From a bacterium (lineage in GTDB: Bacteria > Acidobacteriota > Blastocatellia > HR10): a stretch of DNA of 64,000 nucleotides. Below are positions 49,771-60,560 of the stretch, piece by piece; the stretch's first letter is position 1; each line of letters starts with the position of its first letter. A program made the position numbers and the translations under genes. The DNA is taken from assembly GCA_041640655.1 (NCBI GenBank), contig JBEPZV010000004.1:67264-131263 (forward strand), read 5' to 3'. The notes under the pieces were generated by a model that worked only from the letters and a program-made list of their open reading frames with translations, had not been told where the DNA came from and ran no database searches.

Positions 49771-50610
49771 ATGACTCTGGTCGAAGCGATCGTGCTCGGG
49801 CTCGTGCAGGGCCTCACGGAATTCCTCCCCATCAGCAGCACGGCTCACCTGCGCATCGTCCCCGCTGTGCTGCACCGGCTCGATCCCGCGCGTCCGTGGA
49901 ACGATCCGGGAGCTCCGGCTTCGGCGGTGATTCAGCTGGGGACGCTCGCGGCTGTGCTCGGCTATTTCTGGCGCGAGGTGATCGAACTGACCGGCGCTTT
50001 CGTGCGCGCGCTCGCGCGCGGTCGCCCCTGTGAGACGTTCCCGGCCCGTCTGGCGTGGATGCTCGGCCTCGGAACGATCCCGATCGTCATCGGCGGGCTC
50101 GCCTGTGAGCCGTTCATCCTCACGCACGCGCGGTCGCTTCGGGTGATCATCGGGGCGCTGATCGGGCTCGCGCTCCTTCTGCTTTTGGCCGAGCGCGTCT
50201 CCCGGCGTGACCGCGAGCTGCGGGACGTGACCGCGCGCGATGCCGTGCTCATCGGTCTGGCGCAAGCGCTCGCCCTGATCCCCGGCGCCTCGCGCTCCGG
50301 GACGACGATCACCGCCGGGCTCTTCCTGGGGTTCACGCGCGAAGCGGCCGCTCGGTTCTCCTTCCTGCTCAGCATCCCGTCGGTCGCGTTGAGCGGCCTC
50401 TATGAGCTGTACGCGATTCGCCATCAGCTCGCGGGCGCTTACAGCGTCTCCCTCCTTGTGGCGACCGTCGTGGCCGGCGTGAGCGGCTATCTCGCCATCG
50501 AATTCCTCCTCCGGTATCTCCGAACGCACACGACCTATCTCTTTGTCGTCTATCGCCTCACCCTGGGTCTGGTGCTTCTCGTGCTCCTGAAGTTCGGACT
50601 CATCCAATAG
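49771..50610 (+). CDS. uppP: Undecaprenyl-diphosphate phosphatase
   Basis: QGLTEFLPISSTAH, PGASRSGTT. Confidence 0.95.
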   Translation: MTLVEAIVLGLVQGLTEFLPISSTAHLRIVPAVLHRLDPARPWNDPGAPASAVIQLGTLAAVLGYFWREVIELTGAFVRALARGRPCETFPARLAWMLGLGTIPIVIGGLACEPFILTHARSLRVIIGALIGLALLLLLAERVSRRDRELRDVTARDAVLIGLAQALALIPGASRSGTTITAGLFLGFTREAAARFSFLLSIPSVALSGLYELYAIRHQLAGAYSVSLLVATVVAGVSGYLAIEFLLRYLRTHTTYLFVVYRLTLGLVLLVLLKFGLIQ

Positions 50611-50702
50611 GGCGCGCCGGGCGCGTTCATCGCGGCGAGACCGGCGAGGGACGCCCCCCAGACCTCATGCGCGAGGGGCGATGTCGGGATCGGACCGTGT
50701 TG

Positions 50703-50769
50703 ACCGTCTCACCTCGCGGAGGCTCGCCCCGCTCAGAGAGCCCGTTCGGCTTTCCGCGAAGAGGCGGTC
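50703..50769. terminator. Long imperfect hairpin between convergent uppP and recG
   Basis: GACCGTCTC/GAGGCGGTC, TCGCGGA/TCCGCGA, GGCTC/GAGCC. Confidence 0.4.
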
Positions 50770-50786
50770 TCGACCATCTCCTGCGC

Positions 50787-52940
50787 TCATCCGATGGAGG
50801 TGAGGCCGTATTGAGGATGGCGGCGGATGTCGTCGAGCAGCCGCTCCAGCTCCAGGGGGCAGGGGCGCCGGGACAGGAGCCGGTGGGCTTCGCGGCGTGC
50901 CAGCTCCAGCAGATGACGATCGCGGACCAGATGCCCGATGCGGAAGATGGGCGCGCCCGATTGTCGCGTGCCCATCAGCTCGCCGGGGCCGCGGATCTCC
51001 AAGTCCTTCTCGGCGATCCGGAAGCCGTCGGTGGTCTCCACCATCACCTTCAAGCGCTCGCGCGCTTCGGGGGTCGAGAGGTCGTGGGCCAAGAGGATGC
51101 AGTAGGACGGAGCAGCCCCTCGTCCCACGCGCCCGCGCAGTTGATGCAGTTGGGCCAGGCCGAAGCGCTCCGCATGCTCGATGAGCATGACCGTGGCATT
51201 GGGCACGTCCACGCCCACCTCGATGACGGTCGTCGCCACCAGGATGTCAATCTCGCGCGCGAGGAATCGGCGCATGACCTCGTCTTTCTCGGCCGGGCGC
51301 ATCTTCCCGTGCAGGAGGCCGATGCGGAGGTCGGGGAAGACGACCTTCTGCAGGTGATCGGCCATTTGCGTGGCGTTCAACAAATCCATGCGTTCGGACT
51401 CGTCCACCATGGGATAGACGATGTAGGCCTGTCGTCCGGCGCGCACCTGATTGGCGATGAACTGATAGATGGCCGGTCGTGCCTCCTCCGTCCGAAGGAA
51501 TGTCCGAACGGGCGCGCGTCCCGGGGGCAGATCGCGGATGACCGACACATCGAGATCGCCGTAGACGGTCATCGCCAGCGACCGGGGGATGGGGGTAGCC
51601 GTCATGACCAGGACGTCCGGGTTATAGCCGCGTCGGATCAGCTCGGCGCGCTGCAGCACGCCGAATCGGTGTTGCTCGTCAATGACGACCAGGCCGAGAT
51701 TGTGAAAACGCACGCCTTCTTGAATGAGCGCGTGCGTGCCGATGACGATCTGAATCTCGCCGCGCGCCAAGGCTTCCTGCAGCTCCCGCTTCTCGGCATT
51801 GCGCAAGCTGCCCGTCAGCAGCTCGACCCGATAGGGGGTGGAGGCGAGCCATCGCGTGATGGTGCGCGCGTGCTGTTCGGCCAAGATCTCCGTGGGGGCC
51901 ATCAGGGCGGCTTGATAGCCGTTCTCGACAGCGACGACCATCGCCAGCAGGGCGACGATCGTCTTCCCGCTGCCGACATCTCCCTGGAGCAAGCGATTCA
52001 TCGGGCGCGCCGAGCACATGTCGCGCACGATCTCGCGGAGCGCTTGTCGCTGTCCGTCCGTCAGTCGAAACGGGAGGATCGAGCGCACGACGTCGCGAAG
52101 GCGGTCGTCCACGCGGATGCGCGGCCCTTTCGGCGATCGCTCGCGCTCCTGGCGTCGAAGACCCAGGGCGAGTTGGAGGCGAAGGAATTCTTCGAGGATC
52201 AATCGGCGGTGGGCGGGTGAGCGCGCCTCGTTGTAGTCTTCAAGGGGCGTCTCCTCATCGGGGAAGTGGACGCGGCGCAGGGCCTCGTATCGGGAGATGA
52301 GCTGCAGGCGGCGGAGCGTCTCCGCGGGCAGGGTCTCGGGCACGTCCTCCGGAGAGAGGCGCTGCACGAGGTGATAGAGGATCGCGCGCAAGGGGCGCGT
52401 TGTGAAGGCGCCGAGTTTCCGATAGATGGGCACGCGCCGCCCCGTGTGGATCGCGCCCGTGACGTCATCCTCTTCGGTGAGGACCTCGAAATCGGGGTTC
52501 TCGACTTCGAAGCACCGTCGGAGCGCGTTGTAGCGCCACTGCCCGTAGAGGATCACGCGCGCGCCGCGCGGGAAGGTCTTCTCCAGCCATGTGCGGTTCC
52601 ACCAGAAGGCGCGAATCTGTCCGGTCTCATCGCTGGCCGAGAGCTCGAAGATCTTCAATTGGCCGCCTTTCACGGGATAACTGCCGGTGACGCGTACGAT
52701 GACCTCCAGAGACGCCCACATGTTCTCGCGCAGTTCGGCGACGCGCGCCAGGTGCGAACGGTCTTCGTAGCGCAGGGGCAGATAGAGGAGCAGATCCTCG
52801 ACGGTGACCTGCCGGAAGTCGGAGAGGTTCAGAAACTGCGCTAAAGCCGTGGCGAGCGCGCGCGCCCGTGCCGGACCGACGCGCGGGATCTTGCTGAGGT
52901 GTATGCGATAGAGCGGCGTCTGCAGCGACAGCGCGTCCAT
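50787..52940 (-). CDS. recG: ATP-dependent DNA helicase RecG
   Basis: QGDVGSGKT, DEQHRFG, MTATPIPR, QLRGRVGRG. Confidence 0.96.
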   Translation of the reverse strand: MDALSLQTPLYRIHLSKIPRVGPARARALATALAQFLNLSDFRQVTVEDLLLYLPLRYEDRSHLARVAELRENMWASLEVIVRVTGSYPVKGGQLKIFELSASDETGQIRAFWWNRTWLEKTFPRGARVILYGQWRYNALRRCFEVENPDFEVLTEEDDVTGAIHTGRRVPIYRKLGAFTTRPLRAILYHLVQRLSPEDVPETLPAETLRRLQLISRYEALRRVHFPDEETPLEDYNEARSPAHRRLILEEFLRLQLALGLRRQERERSPKGPRIRVDDRLRDVVRSILPFRLTDGQRQALREIVRDMCSARPMNRLLQGDVGSGKTIVALLAMVVAVENGYQAALMAPTEILAEQHARTITRWLASTPYRVELLTGSLRNAEKRELQEALARGEIQIVIGTHALIQEGVRFHNLGLVVIDEQHRFGVLQRAELIRRGYNPDVLVMTATPIPRSLAMTVYGDLDVSVIRDLPPGRAPVRTFLRTEEARPAIYQFIANQVRAGRQAYIVYPMVDESERMDLLNATQMADHLQKVVFPDLRIGLLHGKMRPAEKDEVMRRFLAREIDILVATTVIEVGVDVPNATVMLIEHAERFGLAQLHQLRGRVGRGAAPSYCILLAHDLSTPEARERLKVMVETTDGFRIAEKDLEIRGPGELMGTRQSGAPIFRIGHLVRDRHLLELARREAHRLLSRRPCPLELERLLDDIRRHPQYGLTSIG

Positions 52941-53087
52941 GCGCGATCCCAACACGGGAAGTATATCCGACGTCGCCCGGTTTCTCCACCGCTTGTTCCC
53001 TCGACGTCGTTGACATCCCCCCCGGGCCTTGTAGAATTAATCACGGCGCGATCGCGCGAGAGGACGTTCGAGCGTGGCGAGGAGCGT

Positions 53088-54698
53088 ATGAGGAGCATAG
53101 GGCTGTGGGGACTTGCGTGTCAGGTGGAGATCATCCCACCGGAGCCGATCCCGGACATCGTGCGGCGCGTGCTCGGTGAAGGAGGCGCCCGTCCGAACAT
53201 CAGCTATCTCTATCGCGCGGATGCCTTCGATTGGATCGTCATGGGCACCTACTTCGGCATCCTCCTGCTGCTCTCGATCTACGGCTTCTATCGGTTCCGC
53301 CTCGTCTATCTCTTCCTCCGCTATCGCCGATGTCGGCCACACCCGAAGGGATATTTCGCCGAGGCCGAATTGCCGTCGGTGACGGTGCAGTTGCCTATCT
53401 ACAACGAGATGTATGTCGTCGAGCGGCTCCTGCGCGCGGTGACGCAGTTGAACTATCCTCGCGATCGGTTGGAGATTCAGGTCCTCGATGACTCGACCGA
53501 TGAGACGTCGGCGATCTGCCGTCGGTTGGTCGAGCACTATCGCGCCGAGGGACACAACATCGTTTACCTTCGTCGCGGGGAGCGGACGGGATTCAAAGCG
53601 GGGGCGCTCGCCTACGGCTTGCGCTTCGCCCGCGGCGAATTCATCGCCATCTTCGATGCCGATTTCATCCCTCGCCCCGATTGCCTCCGCGCGATGATCC
53701 ACTACTTCACCGATCCGCAGGTCGGCATGGTGCAGATGCGCTGGAGCTACATCAATGCGGATTACAATCTCCTGACGCGCCTGCAGCAAATCATGCTCGA
53801 TGGGCATTTCGTCGTGGAGCAGACGGCGCGCAGCCGTTCCGGCAGCTTCTTCAACTTCAATGGCACGGCGGGCATGTGGCGGCGCGCGGCCATCGAGTGG
53901 AGCGGCGGATGGCAACACGATACGTTGGCCGAGGATACCGATCTCAGCTATCGGGCGCAACTCTTCGGCTGGAAGTTCGTCTACCTCCTCGACGAAGATG
54001 TCCCCTCGGAGCTGCCCGTGGACATGAACTCCTTCAAGGTCCAGCAGCGGCGGTGGGCCAAGGGGGTGCTGCAGGTCGGCTTCAAGCTGATCGGGCGCAT
54101 CTTCCGAAGCCCGCTCCCCTGGTCCGTCAAGCTCGAGCTGTTCTTCCGATTCACCAACAACGCGAACGCGCCCCTGGTCATCCTCCTCAGCCTCTTGCAT
54201 TGGCCTGTCCTCATCGCGCGGTTCAATCAGGGATGGTTTCACCTGCTCATCCTGGATGTGCCGATCTTGCTCTTCGCCACGGCTTCGGTGATCGCCTTCT
54301 ATGGCGTCGCCATCTGGCATCTCTATCCCAATTGGAAGCAGCAGGCGAAGTACCTCCCGCTGGTGATGGCGATGGGGATCGGGCTGGCGCTCAATAATGC
54401 GCGCGCGGCGCTGGAGGCGTTCTTGGGCGTGCGCTCGCCGTTTGCGCGCACGCCGAAATTCAGGATCGAATCCAAACGCGATGAATGGAAGAGCAAGAAG
54501 TACACGTTTCGCCACGATCTGCTCCCCGTCTTCGAATTAGCTCTGGCGATCTACTTCGTCTTCGTCATCGCCTATGCCGTTCGCATGCGGATCTATGGGA
54601 CGGTCCCCTTCTTGCTGCTCTTCTGGCTCGGGTACGGCATCACGGGGGCGCTCTCGGTCGTCCAGGGGCGCGCGGTCGCGCGCGCGACCCAATCGTGA
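53088..54698 (+). CDS. GT2 processive glycosyltransferase (cellulose synthase-like)
   Basis: QLPIYNE, DDS, KAG, DAD, AED and QQRRW motifs with TM helices; promoter TTGACA-N16-TAGAAT at 53010-53037. Confidence 0.9.
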   Translation: MRSIGLWGLACQVEIIPPEPIPDIVRRVLGEGGARPNISYLYRADAFDWIVMGTYFGILLLLSIYGFYRFRLVYLFLRYRRCRPHPKGYFAEAELPSVTVQLPIYNEMYVVERLLRAVTQLNYPRDRLEIQVLDDSTDETSAICRRLVEHYRAEGHNIVYLRRGERTGFKAGALAYGLRFARGEFIAIFDADFIPRPDCLRAMIHYFTDPQVGMVQMRWSYINADYNLLTRLQQIMLDGHFVVEQTARSRSGSFFNFNGTAGMWRRAAIEWSGGWQHDTLAEDTDLSYRAQLFGWKFVYLLDEDVPSELPVDMNSFKVQQRRWAKGVLQVGFKLIGRIFRSPLPWSVKLELFFRFTNNANAPLVILLSLLHWPVLIARFNQGWFHLLILDVPILLFATASVIAFYGVAIWHLYPNWKQQAKYLPLVMAMGIGLALNNARAALEAFLGVRSPFARTPKFRIESKRDEWKSKKYTFRHDLLPVFELALAIYFVFVIAYAVRMRIYGTVPFLLLFWLGYGITGALSVVQGRAVARATQS

Positions 54699-54755
54699 GG
54701 GGGGAGTCGTGTCGTACGCGCTCGGTGTCCGCGTCGTTTCACCCGTGTTGAGGAG

Positions 54756-56123
54756 ATGGCTATGAAGACGTCTCATCGCTTCCTTCGACTGCTGCTCATC
54801 GGGCTGCTCGCGTGGGGGGTCGGGGGGCGACCGCTTTTGGTCGAGACGGCGGCGCAGAAGGGGAGCCCGAGCGGGAAGACGCTCGCCGGGATCTCTCTCG
54901 ATGAATATCGCGAGCGGCGCCAGCGGTTGATGACCCTCGCCAAAGATGGGATTGTGCTGCTGTCGGGCAAGACCGAGGACGAGGACAACGAGGTCGAGCA
55001 GAAGTTTCGGCAGCGCAGCTACTTCATGTATCTCACGGGCGTGGAGGTGCCGGGCGCCATCCTCGCGTTGATCCCGCAGGGATATGGCCCGGAGGGGGTG
55101 CGCGAGGTCCTCTTCCTGCCGCCGCGCAATCCCGCGCGCGAGCGCTGGACCGGCCCGAAGATCGGTCCCGAGGAGGCCGCGCGTGAAGTCGGCGTTGAGC
55201 GCGCGCTGCCCGCGACGGCATTTGAGGCCGAGCTGGCGAAGATGTTGGAGAAGACGAGGATCGTCTACACAGTCGTTCCCTCCGGTCCGTCGGCGCGCTT
55301 CAGCCGCGAACAGGCGTTCATCGAGCGCTTTCGCGAGGGCGTCGAAGTGCGCGACGTGAGACCCCTGCTGGCCGAGCTGCGGCGGATCAAGTCGCCGGCC
55401 GAACTCGCCCTCTTGCGCGAAGCCGTGCGCATCACGGCGGAGGCCCATCGTGAGATCGCGCGCGCGCTGCGGCCCGGGATGTTCGAATACGAGCTGGAGG
55501 CCCTCGTCATGGCCGCCTTCTTGCGAAACGGCGCGCGTCGAGCGGGATTTCCGCCGATCATCGGTTCCGGCCCGAACTCCACGATCCTGCATTATCAGGC
55601 GAACCGTCGGCAGATTGCTGCCGGTGATCTCGTCGTCGTGGACATCGGCGCCGAGTACGAATATTACACGGCTGACATCACGCGCACGTATCCGGCGAGC
55701 GGTCGCTTCAGTGAGCGGCAGCGGCAGATCTACACCGTAGTCCTCGGAGCGCAGCGAGCGGCCGAAGCGGCCGTCCGGCCCGGTCAGACCACGATGCGCG
55801 AGCTGCAGGAGGTGGCGCGTCGCTTCATGCGGGAGAGTCCGGTGCGCTCCCGCGATGGGCAGACGTTGGATCGCTTCTTCATTCACGGCCTCGGCCACTA
55901 CGTCGGTCTGGACGTGCATGATGTCGGGGATTACAGCAAGCCGCTTGTGCCCGGTGTCGTGATCACGATCGAGCCGGGTATTTATCTGCCGGATGAACAG
56001 ATCGGCGTGCGCATTGAGGATATGTACCTGGTCACGGAGACCGGGCTTGTGAAGCTCTCGGCGAACATTCCGAGCGCTCCCGAGGAGGTCGAGCGCTGGA
56101 TGGCGCGCCGGACGATGCGGTGA
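54756..56123 (+). CDS. Xaa-Pro aminopeptidase (M24B) with N-terminal signal-like segment
   Basis: DIGAE, ADITRT, HGLGHYVGLDVHD, TIEPG, RIED. Confidence 0.9.
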   Translation: MAMKTSHRFLRLLLIGLLAWGVGGRPLLVETAAQKGSPSGKTLAGISLDEYRERRQRLMTLAKDGIVLLSGKTEDEDNEVEQKFRQRSYFMYLTGVEVPGAILALIPQGYGPEGVREVLFLPPRNPARERWTGPKIGPEEAAREVGVERALPATAFEAELAKMLEKTRIVYTVVPSGPSARFSREQAFIERFREGVEVRDVRPLLAELRRIKSPAELALLREAVRITAEAHREIARALRPGMFEYELEALVMAAFLRNGARRAGFPPIIGSGPNSTILHYQANRRQIAAGDLVVVDIGAEYEYYTADITRTYPASGRFSERQRQIYTVVLGAQRAAEAAVRPGQTTMRELQEVARRFMRESPVRSRDGQTLDRFFIHGLGHYVGLDVHDVGDYSKPLVPGVVITIEPGIYLPDEQIGVRIEDMYLVTETGLVKLSANIPSAPEEVERWMARRTMR

Positions 56124-56133
56124 GGGGTGGAGG

Positions 56134-58527
56134 ATGATGCCGCTGACGTTCGACGCGCTCGAGTACGAAGCGGTGCTCGCGCTGCTCACCGAGCGGACGC
56201 AGACGTCGCAAGGCCGACGTCTGGCCGAGCAGCTTCGTCCGATGACCGATCCTGAGGCGATCCGGCGCCAGCTGCGACTGGTCAGTGATACGGCCCGTTA
56301 TCTTGGCGGGCGTTCCGGATTCGGGCTCGCGGGATTGGCCGATCCGAGCGAGGCGTTGCGGCTGCTGCGGATCGAGAACGCGGCGCTGTCGCCCACGCAG
56401 ATCCTGGACCTCATCGCGCTCATCGAGGTGGGACAGGACGTGCGGGCTTCGGTGCTCGGCGAGCGGCGCCAGTATCCGCATCTGGCGGCCTTCGTCGCTG
56501 AGCTCCCGGATTTGCGCCACCTGCTCCGTCATCTGCGCGGGAAGATTCTGCCGGGCGGCGAGCTGGACGATCACGCGAGCCCGGCGTTGGCCGAGATTCG
56601 ACAGCAGATTCAGCGTCTGCGCGCGCGCATCTACCGGCGATTGGAAGAGATCATGCGCGCGAGCCCGGAGGGCATCGTGCAGGACGAGGTCGTGACGCTG
56701 CGTAATGAGCGCTATGTGATCCCCGTGCGGGCATCGCATCGCGCGCAGGTGCCGGGCGTCGTGCACGCGGTCTCCTCCAGCGGCGCGACCGTCTTCATCG
56801 AGCCGTTGGAGACGATCGAGCTGAACAACGAGCTGGTGCGATGGCGCGAGGAGGAGCAGGCCGAGATCGCGCGCATCCTGCGGGAGATGAGCGATCGGTT
56901 GCGCGTGGAGCTGCCGCAGTTGGAGAAGTTGGCTCGCCTCGTCGCCGAATTGGATCTGTTGAGCGCCAAGGCGCGGCTGGCGCTGGACTTCCGGTGCGTG
57001 GAGCCGGAGTTGGTGACCGATCGGCACGTCCTCGTGCTCGAAGAGGCGCGCCATATGGTGCTCGAACACGTCCTGCGACAGCGAGGGGAAGCGATCGTCC
57101 CCCTCTCCATCGCCCTGGATGACGCGCATCGCGTCCTGATCATCAGCGGGCCGAACGCCGGGGGGAAGACCGTGGCCGTGAAGACGATTGGGCTCATCGC
57201 CCTGATGGCGCAATCGGGGATGCTCGTCCCGGCGCGCGCGGCTACGCTCTCGGTCTTTCGGAGCATTCTCGCGGACATCGGCGATCGCCAATCACTGGTG
57301 GCCAACCTTTCGACCTTCACCGCGCATATCACGAGCGTGAGGGAGATGGCCGAACAGTTGCAGGAGCCCGCACTCGTGCTCATGGATGAGGTCGGCACGG
57401 GGACGGACCCGGAGGAGGGCGCGGCGCTCGCCGTCGCCATCGTGGAGTATTTTCGGCGTCGCGGGGCCATGGTCGTCGTCGCGACGCACTATTCGGCGCT
57501 GAAGGCGTACGGGTATCTCACGCCGGGAGTCGTGAACGCGGCCGTCGAGTTCGACCCTGTGCGCTTGCAACCGACGTACCGCGTGCGACCGGGGGTGGCA
57601 GGAGCCTCCAGCGCCTTGGAGATCGCGCGCCGCGTGGGGCTTCAGGAGGAGATTCTCGCCGAAGCGCGACGACAGTTGAGCTCCTCGGAGCAGGAGGCGA
57701 ATCGCTATCTGAATCGGTTGAGAGAGGAGCTGGAGCACCAACAGGCCCTGCGCGCAGCCCTGGAGGAGGAGCGTGCTGCCGTCGCCCAACGATACGAGCA
57801 GTTGCAGCGAGAATTCTTCGCGCGGGAGCAGCAGCGACAGCGGCAGTTCGAGACGGCACTTCGCGAATTCCTCGATACGGTCGCTCAACGCGCCGAGCAG
57901 ATGCTGCGCGAGATCGCCGATCAGCGCGCGCGGCTGCAGGCGCAGCGCTTCGCCGAACGCCGTCTGGCGAAATTCAAGGCCGAGGTGCGACAGCATGCGC
58001 GCGCCCTCTCGTTCGAGGTGCCGCCGTCGGCGGAACCGAAGCCGCGCGCGCTCCCGGCCGAGGAGGTGGCGCTGAAGCCGGGCGATCGCGTGCGCATTCG
58101 CAGTTTGAACCAGATCGGCGTGGTGAGTGCGGTCGAGTCGGAGCGCGTGGCCGTCCAGCTCGGCGCACTCCGCGTGACAGCCGACGTGAGCGATCTGGAG
58201 GTGCTACTGGAGCCAACGCCGGAGACCGCCGGATCACCATCGGCGCCGTCGGGCATTGTCGTTCACCTCGCCCCGCGTTCGGAAGTCCCCGCGGAGCTGA
58301 ACCTGATCGGCAAGACGGTCGAGGAGGCTCTGGAGTTGACCGACCGTTTCTTGGACGCCGCCTATTTGGCCGAGCGGCGCGAGGTGACGATCATTCACGG
58401 CGCGGGGTCGGGGGCGCTCCGCAAGGCCGTGCGCGAGCTGCTGGCGCGGCATCCGCATGTGGTGCACTTTCGTCCGGCGTCGGCCGATGGCGCGACGATC
58501 GTCGAACTCCAGTCGCGCCATGCGTGA
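56134..58527 (+). CDS. mutS2: Endonuclease MutS2
   Basis: GPNAGGKT, LSTF, DEVGTGTDP; KOW and Smr domains (IHGAGSGALR). Confidence 0.93.
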   Translation: MMPLTFDALEYEAVLALLTERTQTSQGRRLAEQLRPMTDPEAIRRQLRLVSDTARYLGGRSGFGLAGLADPSEALRLLRIENAALSPTQILDLIALIEVGQDVRASVLGERRQYPHLAAFVAELPDLRHLLRHLRGKILPGGELDDHASPALAEIRQQIQRLRARIYRRLEEIMRASPEGIVQDEVVTLRNERYVIPVRASHRAQVPGVVHAVSSSGATVFIEPLETIELNNELVRWREEEQAEIARILREMSDRLRVELPQLEKLARLVAELDLLSAKARLALDFRCVEPELVTDRHVLVLEEARHMVLEHVLRQRGEAIVPLSIALDDAHRVLIISGPNAGGKTVAVKTIGLIALMAQSGMLVPARAATLSVFRSILADIGDRQSLVANLSTFTAHITSVREMAEQLQEPALVLMDEVGTGTDPEEGAALAVAIVEYFRRRGAMVVVATHYSALKAYGYLTPGVVNAAVEFDPVRLQPTYRVRPGVAGASSALEIARRVGLQEEILAEARRQLSSSEQEANRYLNRLREELEHQQALRAALEEERAAVAQRYEQLQREFFAREQQRQRQFETALREFLDTVAQRAEQMLREIADQRARLQAQRFAERRLAKFKAEVRQHARALSFEVPPSAEPKPRALPAEEVALKPGDRVRIRSLNQIGVVSAVESERVAVQLGALRVTADVSDLEVLLEPTPETAGSPSAPSGIVVHLAPRSEVPAELNLIGKTVEEALELTDRFLDAAYLAERREVTIIHGAGSGALRKAVRELLARHPHVVHFRPASADGATIVELQSRHA

Positions 58528-58599
58528 TCCTCTTGCGTTGAGCGTGAGGGCTCATCTAGAATCCTTGCCGACAGCGGCGATCGGGCCAGCAGAAGCTCG

Positions 58600-60444
58600 A
58601 TGAGCGTGAGGAGCCACGGGATGACGCCACGAGAGTTCGCCGAACGGGTGAGAGAGCAAACGGACATCGTTCGGATCGTCTCCGACTACGTCACGCTGCG
58701 AAAGCGAGGGAGCAATTACGTGGCCCTCTGCCCCTTCCATCACGAGCGGACGCCCTCGTTCGCCGTCCATCCGATCAAGCAGATCTTCAAATGCTTCGGC
58801 TGTGGGCTCGGTGGAGACGTCTTCAAGTTCATCATGCAGATCGAAGGATGCTCGTGGTGGGAAGCGGTGCGTCTGGTCGCGGAGAAGATAGGCCTTCCGA
58901 TCCCCGCGTTCACCTCGCGGGGGGAGAGCGCGCACGACGAAGCGCGCGCGGCGTGGCGGCAGCGGTTGGCTCAGATCAATGCCTGGGCCTGCGAGTTCTT
59001 CGAGCGCTGTTTGCAGGAGCCGCGCGGTGAGGTCGCGCGTGCGTATTTGGCGCAACGCGGGGTTCGCCCGGAGACGATCCGTCGGTTCCAATTGGGCTAT
59101 GCGCCCGAGGGGTGGACGGCATTGGTTGACCACTTGCTGGCCCGGCGGGTGACGCGCGAGGAGTTGGAGCGCAGCGGCCTGGTCGTTCTGCGCGATGATC
59201 GTCGGGGGTATTACGATCGGTTCCGACATCGCCTCATCTTCCCAATTCGAGACCTGCAGGGGCGCATTGCGGGCTTCGGCGGCCGAGCGCTGGGGCCCGA
59301 AGAGCCCAAGTACCTGAACTCTCCGGAGACGGCCCTTTACGCCAAGGGGCGGTACCTGTTCGGCCTCTTTGAAGCGCGCGAGGCCATTCGCCGCGCCGGA
59401 TATGCGATCCTCGTCGAGGGCTATTTCGATTGGCTCACGGTGTTCGAGCACGGGATTGAGAATGTCGTCGCCACGCTCGGCACGGCGCTCACAGAGGAGC
59501 AGGTGCGCTTGCTCCGGCGGTATGCCGAGCGCGTCGTGATCAATTTCGATGCGGATCGGGCCGGACGGCGTGCCATGTCCCGCAGTTTGGAGAAATTGAT
59601 CCAGGGTGGGCTTGAGGTCGCTGTGGTCTGTCTGCCGGAGGGCGATGATCCGGACGTCTTCGTGCGACGTGCGGGCGCGGAGGCGTATCGCGAGCGAATC
59701 CGCACGGCCACGCCGTATCTCGATTTCCTCCTGGACGAAGCGCTCGCCGAGGCCTCGTTCCCCTTGTCGCCCTCCGTTCAGGCGCGGGCGTTGAAGGCCG
59801 TCCTGCCGTTTATCGCCGGTATTCCTGATGCTGTCGAACGCGTGGCGAGCGCCGATCGCGTGGCCGCGCGGTTGGGCATGGATGCGCGGTTGGTCCGCGA
59901 GCAGGTGAAGCGGCAGCATCGGGCGCTCGGCGCGGGATCATCCGATCGCCATGCCGACGGCCTCATGGGGGAGCGGCCTTCGCCCGCCGAAGATTCGGCG
60001 CGTCCGCGTGAAGTGACCGAGTCCGAGCGTCTCTTGCTCGAAATCCTCCTGCACGCGGATGCGGACGTGCGCGCGCGAATCCTGGCGGAACTGGATCCAG
60101 AGGATGTGCGCGGCTTGGCGAGCGAGCGCGTTTTCGAGGTGTTGCGAGAAGGCGATCCGGCCCTCGCTGGCTCTGCGGCCCTGGCGGAACGGCTCGCCGA
60201 TGATCCGTTCTCCCTTGATCTGCTGGAGCGCGCCCTTGTGGCGGAGGTCTCGGGACCGCCCGAGATGCTCTGGGAACAGGCGCGCCGCAGCCTTCAGGGA
60301 TTGCGCCGAAGACGATGGCAGCGGGAATTGTCCGCGCTGCAGGCGGAGATCGAGCGGTTGCGGCCGGGCGAAGACGAACGGTTGAACCAGTTGCTGCGGC
60401 GGAAGCAGGAGGTGGCGGCAGCCCTGGCGAAACCTCTCGTGTGA
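58600..60444 (+). CDS. dnaG: DNA primase
   Basis: CPFH..CFGC zinc finger, KYLNSPET, EGYFD, FDAD, DPD. Confidence 0.96.
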   Translation: MSVRSHGMTPREFAERVREQTDIVRIVSDYVTLRKRGSNYVALCPFHHERTPSFAVHPIKQIFKCFGCGLGGDVFKFIMQIEGCSWWEAVRLVAEKIGLPIPAFTSRGESAHDEARAAWRQRLAQINAWACEFFERCLQEPRGEVARAYLAQRGVRPETIRRFQLGYAPEGWTALVDHLLARRVTREELERSGLVVLRDDRRGYYDRFRHRLIFPIRDLQGRIAGFGGRALGPEEPKYLNSPETALYAKGRYLFGLFEAREAIRRAGYAILVEGYFDWLTVFEHGIENVVATLGTALTEEQVRLLRRYAERVVINFDADRAGRRAMSRSLEKLIQGGLEVAVVCLPEGDDPDVFVRRAGAEAYRERIRTATPYLDFLLDEALAEASFPLSPSVQARALKAVLPFIAGIPDAVERVASADRVAARLGMDARLVREQVKRQHRALGAGSSDRHADGLMGERPSPAEDSARPREVTESERLLLEILLHADADVRARILAELDPEDVRGLASERVFEVLREGDPALAGSAALAERLADDPFSLDLLERALVAEVSGPPEMLWEQARRSLQGLRRRRWQRELSALQAEIERLRPGEDERLNQLLRRKQEVAAALAKPLV

Positions 60445-60560
60445 GGGACTCGTCGTGATGGCCGAATCCGAAGTTCATCGGGGATGCGAGCGTCCGTCGC
60501 GAGCGCTGCACGACGATCCGTGATGATGTGGATACCCTACTGCCGGTGAGGATGGAGGCT

